58,967 nt of DNA from Candidatus Woesearchaeota archaeon (lineage in GTDB: Archaea; Nanobdellota; Nanobdellia; Pacearchaeales; GW2011-AR1), in NCBI GenBank assembly GCA_964574775.1, contig CAZNOS010000001.1, positions 1 through 58,967 on the forward strand, read 5' to 3'. The translations under genes and the position numbers were made by a program. Below, one piece after another: positions 9,464-17,752 of this stretch. The stretch's first letter is position 1, and the number at the start of each line of letters is the position of its first letter. The notes beneath the pieces were generated by a model. That model ran no database searches and was not told the DNA's origin. It was given only the letters and a program-made list of their open reading frames with translations.

Positions 9464-10732
9464 TCAACATGTATGTTCAAAATTTTTAGAAAAAATGAGA
9501 TTACCAGACAAATCTACAACATCAATTTTTATTATTCTCTTCTGACCATCACTACCATGTGAACAAATGAACTCACTTACGCCCAAAAAGTTTAAAGCTG
9601 GACTGGTTCTAAAAATAGCACGATTTAACGTAGTCAATTGTTTATTATTAGAATCATAAATAGACGTCTTCGCATTAAATTCCACATCACCACAAGATTC
9701 CTCAAAAGAAACGACATAAGATAATGGAGCAGTCTCTGTAATATCCGATATTTTACAATCAGAAATTTCATTAATCTCTAAACCACTCGAATCAAAAACA
9801 TTCGATACCCCATTCTGAAAAGAAGCATACTCCCAAATAAAACCATATTTTATTTTATATTTTCCAGAAACAATCTTATCCTTCGGATAAACACATGAAA
9901 GATTTAAAACTCCACCTGAAACATAGTTCATACTAATCTTTTTTTCATACTTTATACCTAAATTAGAAAATCTACAAGAAACACCCTGCACTACGAAATC
10001 ATCATCACGCAATAAGTCAAAAATTACCACCTTTAAAAGAGAAAAATCACAATTACTAAACCGACTCGTTATATTAACACGGATATCATCCCCTATTATC
10101 TCAGAAGCAGCACGAACATCCTCCAAACTACATCCCGCATTTTGAGAATAAGTTTTATACGCTAAATCATTAAGATACATAAAATAATTATCATTCGTCT
10201 TTCTTACAAAAACACTTCTTGGAACCGGACTCACATGAATAAAACACATATCCGCTAAAATAACAGTTTCAAATATTTTCGGATTATAACGTGCAGGAAA
10301 CCATTCTTTATACCAAACTCTATCTCCCTCATCTAATGCCTCCCAAATCTCCTCAGATAAACTAAGACACGGCGTCCCATCGTGATCATAATCAATTGGC
10401 CTGTCCAAATCTACACAAGCCTGATTATCCGCACAACTCATCTCCTTAAAATTGGCTGGAGAACATAAGCAAAATTTCTTTTCATCAAACATGAACACCC
10501 AATCTTTTGGACTTTCAATAACAAACTCCTTAATTTCGTCAGTCTTCATTTCGGAAAATCCGTCGGATAAAACACGCAACGTTCCCTTAGCCTGCTCAAC
10601 TTGTAAATTCGTAGTAACCATTTTTATAAGAGCAACAAACAGCAATCCAATTACAATCAAAACACCTATTGCTAAAACAGTTTTCACTATTTCCTCAGTC
10701 GTAATATCTCCTCTCTTGTTCCCAAAACTCAT
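9464..10732 (-). CDS. Prepilin-like Cys-rich protein, cluster member H (first gene of the 8-gene unit)
   Basis: N-terminus MSFGNKRGDITTEEIVKTVLAIGVLIVIGLLFVALI. Multiple Cys (FCLCSPANFKEMSCADNQACVDLD...). Confidence 0.7.
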   Translation of the reverse strand: MSFGNKRGDITTEEIVKTVLAIGVLIVIGLLFVALIKMVTTNLQVEQAKGTLRVLSDGFSEMKTDEIKEFVIESPKDWVFMFDEKKFCLCSPANFKEMSCADNQACVDLDRPIDYDHDGTPCLSLSEEIWEALDEGDRVWYKEWFPARYNPKIFETVILADMCFIHVSPVPRSVFVRKTNDNYFMYLNDLAYKTYSQNAGCSLEDVRAASEIIGDDIRVNITSRFSNCDFSLLKVVIFDLLRDDDFVVQGVSCRFSNLGIKYEKKISMNYVSGGVLNLSCVYPKDKIVSGKYKIKYGFIWEYASFQNGVSNVFDSSGLEINEISDCKISDITETAPLSYVVSFEESCGDVEFNAKTSIYDSNNKQLTTLNRAIFRTSPALNFLGVSEFICSHGSDGQKRIIKIDVVDLSGNLIFSKNFEHTC

Positions 10733-10814
10733 ATTAATTAAAAAAAATCATTCTTAATAAACATTACCAATCAATCGCCATAATATTTAAATAAAAAAGA
10801 CGGCATAAAAAATA

Positions 10815-12083
10815 ATGTCATTGGAAAAAATCTTGAAGACTGGAAGAAATCTGCTTATGGCCACCTTTTTGTCTGCCTCACTGACGAGCTTATCCCCAGC
10901 ACAAAATCCACCAGAAGAAGCCATGATACCCATTCCCGTAGATCAGTCTCTTTCGTGGTTCCGTCCAATTAACGGAGTTTTAACTTGCAAAAATAAAAGC
11001 AACACAACTTCACCATCAGCACAATTTGCCTCTCAATATACCGTTACAAATACATTTTATCTAACTGGAAAAACGACAGAAGATGGTTGTTTAAACGTAG
11101 GTTTTTTTAGCGCAGACCCAAGAAAAAAACCAGAAAAAACACACTACAGAATAGATTATGCGAATTCCAAACTCTACATAATGTGTTCACCAAACCTATC
11201 AATTGATTCTAATACACAATATGCAGAAGAACTCACGCTAACCGATAAACTTGCATCCACCAAACTAGTTCCAAAAGAAGAAGCCAAGGGATTTTGGATT
11301 CGGGCAGAACAAAGGGTTTTAGAAACATTAGAAAATTACGATCCAAGCAGAAAATTTTTAGAAGTATACACATTAGGAACAGCAACCGATTATTGCTTTT
11401 CCGAATTAATAAAAAATCACGCCATTGCCATGAACACCACCGTAGGAGAAAGAATGAAAAATGAAATAGACGATAGAAATGCAATAGGCACGATTCAAAT
11501 TCCTTTTCATTCTAAAGAAAAAAATGTTTTATTTCGCAACGAATTTGGAAGAAAGTTTAGAATATTCTTAGGTGCTCAAAATCCAACCACACCAGTCCGA
11601 GTTTTATATCATATAGAAACAGAATTTGACGACGGAACATCTAGTGCAAGAGGAACGCTCGAAGCTTTCACGGAAGAATTTCCAGCATTCACAATACCGA
11701 AAGAAAATCCTCCATCAGAACAAAAACCGTCAACACAAAAATGGCCAACAGGAATTTGGATAAAAGAACCACGAACGGACAAAACAGTAACTCCGGAAAA
11801 ACTCGAATCGCAAGAACTATATCAAGCCGGTTATTGTATAGATAACGACGGGAATCTATATCAAATATATTCATCTAGAAGATTTCCCGCATTCACAGAA
11901 ACAAGACAAGATGGAACCATCGCCGTATATCATAAAGACGTATCTAACGGAGTAAAAATCACAGAAAGAAATAATAGTTCGCTAGAAATACTTAGGCCAC
12001 TAAACGTAGACACAATGGAACAAACAACTACTGACACATCTACAGGAACAACAATAAGAAGAAACATATTCAAAAGAAAATAA
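10815..12083 (+). CDS. Secreted hypothetical protein on the opposite strand, splitting the prepilin-like cluster
   Basis: Signal-like N-terminus LLMATFLSASLTSLSPAQNPPEE. Its composition differs from the neighbouring genes (more Pro/Arg/Thr). Confidence 0.65.
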   Translation: MSLEKILKTGRNLLMATFLSASLTSLSPAQNPPEEAMIPIPVDQSLSWFRPINGVLTCKNKSNTTSPSAQFASQYTVTNTFYLTGKTTEDGCLNVGFFSADPRKKPEKTHYRIDYANSKLYIMCSPNLSIDSNTQYAEELTLTDKLASTKLVPKEEAKGFWIRAEQRVLETLENYDPSRKFLEVYTLGTATDYCFSELIKNHAIAMNTTVGERMKNEIDDRNAIGTIQIPFHSKEKNVLFRNEFGRKFRIFLGAQNPTTPVRVLYHIETEFDDGTSSARGTLEAFTEEFPAFTIPKENPPSEQKPSTQKWPTGIWIKEPRTDKTVTPEKLESQELYQAGYCIDNDGNLYQIYSSRRFPAFTETRQDGTIAVYHKDVSNGVKITERNNSSLEILRPLNVDTMEQTTTDTSTGTTIRRNIFKRK

Positions 12084-12088
12084 TTAAA

Positions 12089-12853
12089 TTATTTCGTAGA
12101 AATTTTTAATGCACTTGCTAATTTTGCATAATTATCCACCAATAGGTTGGTTTGTATATTTGCCTGTAAATCATCATTTATATACAAAACTGGATTTTGA
12201 AATCTCTTTAATAAAATTAAATCTGGCGTATTATAGCTCCTAGAATTATCTGGGCCCTGACCACCAACCCAAGTAGTATCGCAAGGTAAAGAAACTTGTT
12301 GGTTTGCATCTAGCGTCGTTTTGGATAAGAAATATTTTCCAACATCATCTGGAGAATAAGCAAAATAAACAACGCCATTTAAAGAAATGGCTCCAACAAT
12401 TACATCCTTAGGGAACCAAAAAGAAGTCTCTTTTAGGTATAGCACAATATGATTTTTATATTTCTTTAAATATATCGCATTCTCATAACCATTTCCCCAA
12501 AAACTTGCATCCACCTTACACAGCCTTAAGCTCAATATAGCATTCTCAAAAATATACACTGACTCCGTATTTGCACCCTTAGTGGTATTAACTATTATAT
12601 AATTAAATACGGGTGGAGCGATTTGCCCACTATCACCAACCACATCCGCCAACTCATCACTTCCCTCTATAACTCCATAGGATTGATTTGCCTCCCCTTT
12701 CATATCGGGCAAAATATTTTGTAACATCGTTTTAAATTGAGTCGGAAAAATAATAAAATAAACAGCCATAGCAATAATCGCCACGCTAATTACTAGGGCC
12801 ACGACAGTGCCCGCCGTCATATCTCCTTTTTTATTTTGAACAATCTTTCTCAT
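12089..12853 (-). CDS. Prepilin-like protein, cluster member I
   Basis: Start set at the internal ATG 12853 (MRKIVQNKKGDMTAGTVVALVISVAIIAMAVYFIIF). The TAAAATG junction links it to the small upstream ORF 12855..13013. Confidence 0.7.
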   Translation of the reverse strand: MRKIVQNKKGDMTAGTVVALVISVAIIAMAVYFIIFPTQFKTMLQNILPDMKGEANQSYGVIEGSDELADVVGDSGQIAPPVFNYIIVNTTKGANTESVYIFENAILSLRLCKVDASFWGNGYENAIYLKKYKNHIVLYLKETSFWFPKDVIVGAISLNGVVYFAYSPDDVGKYFLSKTTLDANQQVSLPCDTTWVGGQGPDNSRSYNTPDLILLKRFQNPVLYINDDLQANIQTNLLVDNYAKLASALKISTK

Positions 12854-12854
12854 T

Positions 12855-13013
12855 TTACGAACCAAACCTAAACCAGTCAAAGAAACTATGCAACCACCCC
12901 GTTGCCTGTTCTTTAAAAAAAAGTAACATAACCACGCCAACCCCAACTAAAGCTATAATGGCCAAAATAAGTCCTTGTACAAAATCAAATTCCGAACCTC
13001 TCTTATTCACCAT
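12855..13013 (-). CDS. Small (52 aa) prepilin-like protein, cluster member J (absent from the ORF track)
   Basis: Hand translation gives MVNKRGSEFDFVQGLILAIIALVGVGVVMLLFFKEQATGWLHSFFDWFRFGS*. Same N-K-R-G-S plus helix motif as the other members. Its stop lies 1 nt before the ATG of member I. Confidence 0.55.
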   Translation of the reverse strand: MVNKRGSEFDFVQGLILAIIALVGVGVVMLLFFKEQATGWLHSFFDWFRFGS

Positions 13014-13083
13014 AAATATAAACCCCCTTTATCCTTAATAAATCTTTACAAATCTTTATATAACCAGGCTCACTTTAACTAAT

Positions 13084-13605
13084 ATGGATAAAATTAAGGC
13101 AACATTCATATCCGAAAAAATATTCTCTAACTCGAAAGAGGCGTTCGGTATGTTTGAATCTCAAAGGTTTGGTGAAAGAACTGGCGAAAAAATTTTCTAC
13201 ACCCTCCAAGAAACACTTTTCTTAGTGGAAACAGGAAAAATGGAAATAATAGACTCTAAAGATAAAAAAATACCCGAAAGAGAAATCTTAAAAAAATTCG
13301 CCAAAATAGATAAAAAATTCAAAACAAAATACCTAGTCTTCAGAGATTTAAGAAAGAAAGGATTAATTGTAAAAACCGCACTCAAATTTGGAGCAGAATT
13401 CAGAGTTTATGAAAAAGGAAAATCTATCGGAGAAGATCACGCAAAATGGATTCTATTCCCAGTCTCACAAAACGAACAACTTACATGGCAAGATTTTTCT
13501 GCAAAAAACAGAATTGCGCACTCCACAAACAAAAAATTATTAATTGCAGTTGTAGATGAAGAAAATCAAGTCTCATATTACGAAGTAAATTGGTTGAAAA
13601 TATAA
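13084..13605 (+). CDS. endA: tRNA-splicing endonuclease
   Basis: YLVFRDLRKKGLIVKTALKFGAEFRVYEKG...HAKWILFPV...IAHSTNKKLLIAVVD is typical of the archaeal EndA catalytic domain. Confidence 0.85.
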   Translation: MDKIKATFISEKIFSNSKEAFGMFESQRFGERTGEKIFYTLQETLFLVETGKMEIIDSKDKKIPEREILKKFAKIDKKFKTKYLVFRDLRKKGLIVKTALKFGAEFRVYEKGKSIGEDHAKWILFPVSQNEQLTWQDFSAKNRIAHSTNKKLLIAVVDEENQVSYYEVNWLKI

Positions 13606-13606
13606 A

Positions 13607-14614
13607 ATGGGGAAAATAGACGTATCCGAAGTAAAAAAGAAAATACTTGCATTTCTAGAGCATAATGGACCAAGTCTACCAATCCCAATAGCAAAACACA
13701 TTCTTCTTCAGCCAATGTTTGCATCCGCCATTTTATCCGAACTACTCAATGAAAAAAGAGTAAAGACAAGTTCTATGAAAATCGGTTCATCTCCACTTTA
13801 TTTAATACCCGGCCAAGAAGCAAAACTTGAGTCATTCACGGAAAATCTTACGGGAGTAGAAAAAGAAGCTTACATCAAACTAAAAGACAATAAATTTTTA
13901 GAAGATCAAACCCAAGAGCCAAGAATTCGTGTTGCAATGAGAGGACTAAAAGATTTTGCAATCCCAATCCAGCTAAACAACAAGCTCTACTGGAAATATC
14001 TTACTTCATCAACAGAAAAAATAAAAGAATCCATGGAAGACGAGGGAGAAATTGCAATTGGAGAAAGAGTAGTTGGTCAAAAAATATGGGAAGACATCAA
14101 AAAAGAACAACCCAAAATAGAACCAATTGAAGAAAAAACAAAACAGGAAAAAATAGTACACATCCTAAAAACAGAAGCCGAAAACACTTCTAAGAATATA
14201 GAAAACATCTTCGAAGAAGAAAAAATAATTATAATAAAAGAAGAGAATATTGAACCATCGCCAGAAAAAGCAATAGAATCAAAACCCCAAAAAATAAAAA
14301 AATTAACAGAAAAAGACATCTTCTTAGAGCAGGTAAAGCACATTCTAGAATCAAAAAATATTGAACTTTTAGAAATAATTCAATTTGACAAAAAACAAGT
14401 AATAGCAAAAGCCAGAGTTAACGTAGACAAAACCTGCATCTTATTTTTTATAGATAAAAAACGCCCCGACGAAAAAGATATGGTTAGAGCCTATAAGAAA
14501 TCGCAAGAATATAAGTTACCCTACTACATCGTAACACAAACGCAACCACAGAAAAAACTAAAGGAAACAGCAGATTTATACAAGGCACTACTTGGTTTCG
14601 GAAGCATTGAATAA
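13607..14614 (+). CDS. Hypothetical protein with N-terminal winged-helix-like domain and K/E-rich linker
   Basis: KKKILAFLEHNGPSLPIPIAKHILLQPMFASAILSELLNEKRVKTSSMKIGSSPLYLIPG looks like a wHTH. No confident family assignment. Confidence 0.6.
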   Translation: MGKIDVSEVKKKILAFLEHNGPSLPIPIAKHILLQPMFASAILSELLNEKRVKTSSMKIGSSPLYLIPGQEAKLESFTENLTGVEKEAYIKLKDNKFLEDQTQEPRIRVAMRGLKDFAIPIQLNNKLYWKYLTSSTEKIKESMEDEGEIAIGERVVGQKIWEDIKKEQPKIEPIEEKTKQEKIVHILKTEAENTSKNIENIFEEEKIIIIKEENIEPSPEKAIESKPQKIKKLTEKDIFLEQVKHILESKNIELLEIIQFDKKQVIAKARVNVDKTCILFFIDKKRPDEKDMVRAYKKSQEYKLPYYIVTQTQPQKKLKETADLYKALLGFGSIE

Positions 14615-14657
14615 TCAAATAACAAACCTTTTAAACCCCTAAAATTAGCTATATTCC

Positions 14658-14858
14658 ATGGGACGAATAAAAACAAAGCAAGTTAAAAGAGCATCATTAT
14701 CCTTAGTTGAAAAAGCTCCAGAGATGTTTGATTCGACATTCGATCATAATAAAAAAGTTCTAGGAAGAGAAATGCCTAGTAAGAAAGTAAGAAACATGAT
14801 TGCAGGATATATCACGAGAATCAAGAGGAATACAAAAAAAATAATCCAGGACGAGTAA
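14658..14858 (+). CDS. rps17e: 30S ribosomal protein S17e (eS17)
   Basis: MGRIKTKQVKRASLSLVEKAPEMFDSTFDHNKKVL...NMIAGYITRIKRN. Confidence 0.9.
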   Translation: MGRIKTKQVKRASLSLVEKAPEMFDSTFDHNKKVLGREMPSKKVRNMIAGYITRIKRNTKKIIQDE

Positions 14859-14865
14859 TTCTAAC

Positions 14866-15156
14866 ATGGAAGACAATACTTCTGACAATTCGATTTTTAT
14901 CGGTAGCAAACCCTTTATGAATTATGTTACTGCCGTAGTAATGCAATTTACGACACAGAAAGCAAGTGAGGTAAAATTAATATCAAGAGGAAAATTTATT
15001 TCCAAAGCAGTTGATGTTGCAGAAGTAGCAAGAAAAAAATTCTTAAAAGAACTTAATATAAAAGTAAAAGAAGTAAAAATGGACAGCGAAGAGTTCGATT
15101 CAAAAGAAGGCAAACACGTTACTGTTTCTACGCTGGATATCGTTTTATCAAAGTAG
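14866..15156 (+). CDS. albA: Alba DNA/RNA-binding protein
   Basis: IFIGSKPFMNYVTAVVMQF...EVKLISRGKFISKAVDVAEVARKKF...VSTLDIVLSK. Confidence 0.85.
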   Translation: MEDNTSDNSIFIGSKPFMNYVTAVVMQFTTQKASEVKLISRGKFISKAVDVAEVARKKFLKELNIKVKEVKMDSEEFDSKEGKHVTVSTLDIVLSK

Positions 15157-15158
15157 GA

Positions 15159-15566
15159 TTACAATCTATTGTAATATCCAACCAAGTCTTCTTCAGATCT
15201 TGCTATATCATTAAGTGAATTTGTTCTGTAATTACAGAGATCCTTGAATTCTCTTACTGATGCAAATTTAATATCAACTCCTTCTGGACCACTTCTTGCT
15301 GGGCCATATCCTTCTTTAAACACATAAGTTGGTTTTAAAGGAAAAGCCTTAGACGCAGCTTGATAAATTACATCCGGACTATTATCTCCATCCAAATCCG
15401 TTACTTGCCATTGCCTAATTTCATGTGCACGCACAAGTGCTCTATCGCTTGGCATTGACGCTGAAGTATAAATTAAACCGGCTGTTACACTAGCAATAAT
15501 TGTGCCCATAATTCCAAAACGCACCTCGGCTGCATTTTCCTTCAATATTTGTTTTAATGTTCTCAT
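15159..15566 (-). CDS. Membrane-anchored hypothetical protein (DxDGD Ca-binding-like loop)
   Basis: TM segment FGIMGTIIASVTAGLIYT and motif TDLDGDNSPDVIY. Strong SD (GGAGGT) 7 nt upstream of the ATG. Arg-rich composition. Confidence 0.6.
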   Translation of the reverse strand: MRTLKQILKENAAEVRFGIMGTIIASVTAGLIYTSASMPSDRALVRAHEIRQWQVTDLDGDNSPDVIYQAASKAFPLKPTYVFKEGYGPARSGPEGVDIKFASVREFKDLCNYRTNSLNDIARSEEDLVGYYNRL

Positions 15567-15605
15567 TTTTTTAACCTCCTTACATTACGTAAAGATAATA
15601 ATATC

Positions 15606-16409
15606 ATGAAAGCATTAGATTTAAATATTAGGTCCCCCTTATGGATACCTATGGAAACAAGTATTCTAAGAGAAATTGGACTAACAGAATCTGAATCAAA
15701 AGTCTATTTAGCACTTTTAGAACTCGGAGATTCTACGCGAGGAGATATTGTAAAAAAATCACAAATCGCAGGATCAAAATTATACGAAATCATAAATAAG
15801 CTACAAGAAAAAGGACTTGTCTCCGTTTATGCTCAAAACAAAATACAACATTTTAAATCAACCAATCCAAAACAAATATTAAACTATCTAGAAGAGAAAA
15901 GACATAGAATAACTCAAACAGAAAAAGATGCTAAATTATTAATTCCGCAACTACTCTCGCTGTATAGTTCATCCAAAGAAGACCAAGAGGTTGAATTATT
16001 AAACGGACTCAAGGGACTGCAAATTATCTTCGAAGAACAGATAGAAATTTTAAACAAAGACGAAACATGCTATGTTATAGGTGGAACAAGGGGGAGCGAT
16101 GAGCAAACAATACTAGACTTTTTTGAAAAAATCCATATGCTGAGAGAAGACAAAAAGATTCATACAAAAATGCTTTTTAACGAAAGACAAAAAGAAAACA
16201 CAAAAAAAATTTACTCTTCAAAAAAATATCCTCTAACAAAAACAAAATTCATCTCCTCAACCTCTCCAGTAGCGATTAACATCTATAAGAACAGGACAAT
16301 TATAATCATCTTCGGAAAGAAAATAAGCGCAATCCAAATAAAATCCGAGGAAGTTGCCAATAGCTTCCTAGAGTATTTCAATCTGCTTTGGGGTAATGCA
16401 AAAGACTAA
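15606..16409 (+). CDS. TrmB-family transcriptional regulator
   Basis: LREIGLTESESKVYLALLELGDSTRGDIVKKSQIAGSKLYEIINKLQEKGLVS is a TrmB-type wHTH. The true start may be the internal MET at 15651. Confidence 0.8.
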   Translation: MKALDLNIRSPLWIPMETSILREIGLTESESKVYLALLELGDSTRGDIVKKSQIAGSKLYEIINKLQEKGLVSVYAQNKIQHFKSTNPKQILNYLEEKRHRITQTEKDAKLLIPQLLSLYSSSKEDQEVELLNGLKGLQIIFEEQIEILNKDETCYVIGGTRGSDEQTILDFFEKIHMLREDKKIHTKMLFNERQKENTKKIYSSKKYPLTKTKFISSTSPVAINIYKNRTIIIIFGKKISAIQIKSEEVANSFLEYFNLLWGNAKD

Positions 16410-16495
16410 ACGTAGAATGATTAAGTCTGCTATAAATACATCTCCCAAATTCCACTAGTCCAACTAAAAAAAGAAAAAATAAATTCTCCCGATTA

Positions 16496-16636
16496 TTACT
16501 CTACGTCAGCTGAGTGAATCATCTTCAAAACCGCAACTTCTTCGGGTAAAAGCCCCATCTCATCAAGAGCCAAGGAGGTATCCAACCCCATAGTTCTACC
16601 TACTCCGCTAGAAGCGCGCATTCTCGTTTTTACCAT
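16496..16636 (-). CDS. Small (46 aa) hypothetical ORF with strong SD (absent from the ORF track)
   Basis: Hand translation gives MVKTRMRASSGVGRTMGLDTSLALDEMGLLPEEVAVLKMIHSADVE*. GGGAGG lies 8 nt upstream of the ATG. G+C is higher than in the surroundings. Confidence 0.35.
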   Translation of the reverse strand: MVKTRMRASSGVGRTMGLDTSLALDEMGLLPEEVAVLKMIHSADVE

Positions 16637-16999
16637 ATTCTGCCTCCCATTTAGTTTTTCCCAATTCCAGAATCAGTTAGTGCTCAAACAGGACCTTCAG
16701 ATATTTTCTTAAAATGTTTGTAGAATGATGATCTAAAGGCCCTGAAAGAATCAGTAATAGAACCCTAGAATTATCTTTGTAGATGTGACTGGCTCAGTAG
16801 TATTATTACAACTCCCATTCCAATTGTGCATCTGCATAACAATTTCAAGGATAACAAATATATAAATGTTTCTAAAATGCAATTTAATCAAACAAACAAG
16901 ATTTAAAAAAGCACTTTCTTTGAGTTTTTTATGGCTCTGCCCTCGCCCTATCTTTTAAAAACAAAAGATTTAAGTGCGAATAAAGAGTCCAAAATCCAT

Positions 17000-17071
17000 G
17001 GCTCGGTAGCTCAGTGGTAGAGCATCGCTTTCATACGGCGAGGGTCGAGAGTTCAATTCTCTCTCGAGCCA
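17000..17071 (+). tRNA. tRNA-Met or Ile2 (anticodon CAT), non-initiator type
   Basis: Manual fold: GGCTCGG TA GCTC AGTGGTA GAGC A TCGCT TTCATAC GGCGA GGGTC GAGAG TTCAATT CTCTC TCGAGCC A. The G1-C72 pair and lack of a GGG/CCC anticodon stem argue against an initiator. Confidence 0.85.
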
Positions 17072-17121
17072 TATAATTTATTTCTATAATTTAAACATTC
17101 GAGATGAATATAGCACAAGAA

Positions 17122-17146
17122 GAGAGTTCAATTCACCAACCATAAC
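17122..17146 (+). other. Ghost copy of the tRNA-Met T-arm/3' end
   Basis: gagagttcaattc (17122-17134) is identical to tRNA positions 17047-17059. Both copies end in ...ccata. The copy has no complementary acceptor strand. Confidence 0.6.
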
Positions 17147-17189
17147 CAATCTCATAAATCTTTAAATACCCGAACATCTTTTATTTTTT

Positions 17190-17435
17190 ATGCCGGAAAC
17201 AGAATGCGCACAACCGAGAGAAACATTTGAAAGCAGAGCTGAGAAGTTTTATGGACCAATATTAATGCAAGAAGCTCGTGAAGAACACGCAAGAAATCCA
17301 ACTCGAGGTAGTTTAGTCTCTGCAATATCCAGAGTTTTAGCAAGGCGCAATAGACAAGACGACATAGATATGTATGCATTTTTAAGACAAAGACTTAATT
17401 CTTCTGTTGACGATAAAGACATAATTTATGGTTAA
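17190..17435 (+). CDS. Hypothetical Arg-rich protein (81 aa)
   Basis: 11 Arg versus 2 Lys, which is atypical for this genome. A TATA-like ctttaaata lies about 22 nt upstream of the ATG. Confidence 0.5.
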   Translation: MPETECAQPRETFESRAEKFYGPILMQEAREEHARNPTRGSLVSAISRVLARRNRQDDIDMYAFLRQRLNSSVDDKDIIYG

Positions 17436-17497
17436 GCTATGGGTTTCATAATAACACATAACGTATAATTTATATAATCCATTGATTTTAATATTTA

Positions 17498-17752
17498 ATG
17501 GTCATAAATGAAACTGGAATTACAATAACCGATGTTGCTAGAGCAATTTACCCATTGGTTTCCGGCGACATAACTCCCCTAGTGAATATATTTAAGGCTG
17601 CGGGAATAATTATTATCATCTATATTCTCTTTTTAATTATCCAATCCATACTAAAGATAAAAGACAGAAGACGACTAAAAAGAATAGAAGAAAAATTAGA
17701 TACTCTATTAAAAGTACAAAACAAAGATAAAAAAAAGAAAACTAAATATTAA
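17498..17752 (+). CDS. Small single-TM protein with basic C-terminal tail
   Basis: TM segment AAGIIIIIYILFLIIQSIL followed by KIKDRRRLKRIEEKL...KDKKKKTKY. Confidence 0.5.
   Translation: MVINETGITITDVARAIYPLVSGDITPLVNIFKAAGIIIIIYILFLIIQSILKIKDRRRLKRIEEKLDTLLKVQNKDKKKKTKY

Noticed and set aside
12854-12946. N-terminal extension of ORF 12089..12946 (MGLAWLCYFFLKNRQRGG...).
   Set aside because: It has a non-ATG start and overlaps the better-supported 52-aa ORF in another frame. The conserved NKKG head follows the internal ATG at 12853.
16725-16745. C/D-box sRNA-like string ATGATGA-n10-CTGA in the long spacer upstream of tRNA-Met.
   Set aside because: No convincing C'/D box pair or terminal stem follows, on either strand. 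Such a short motif is expected by chance in AT-rich DNA.
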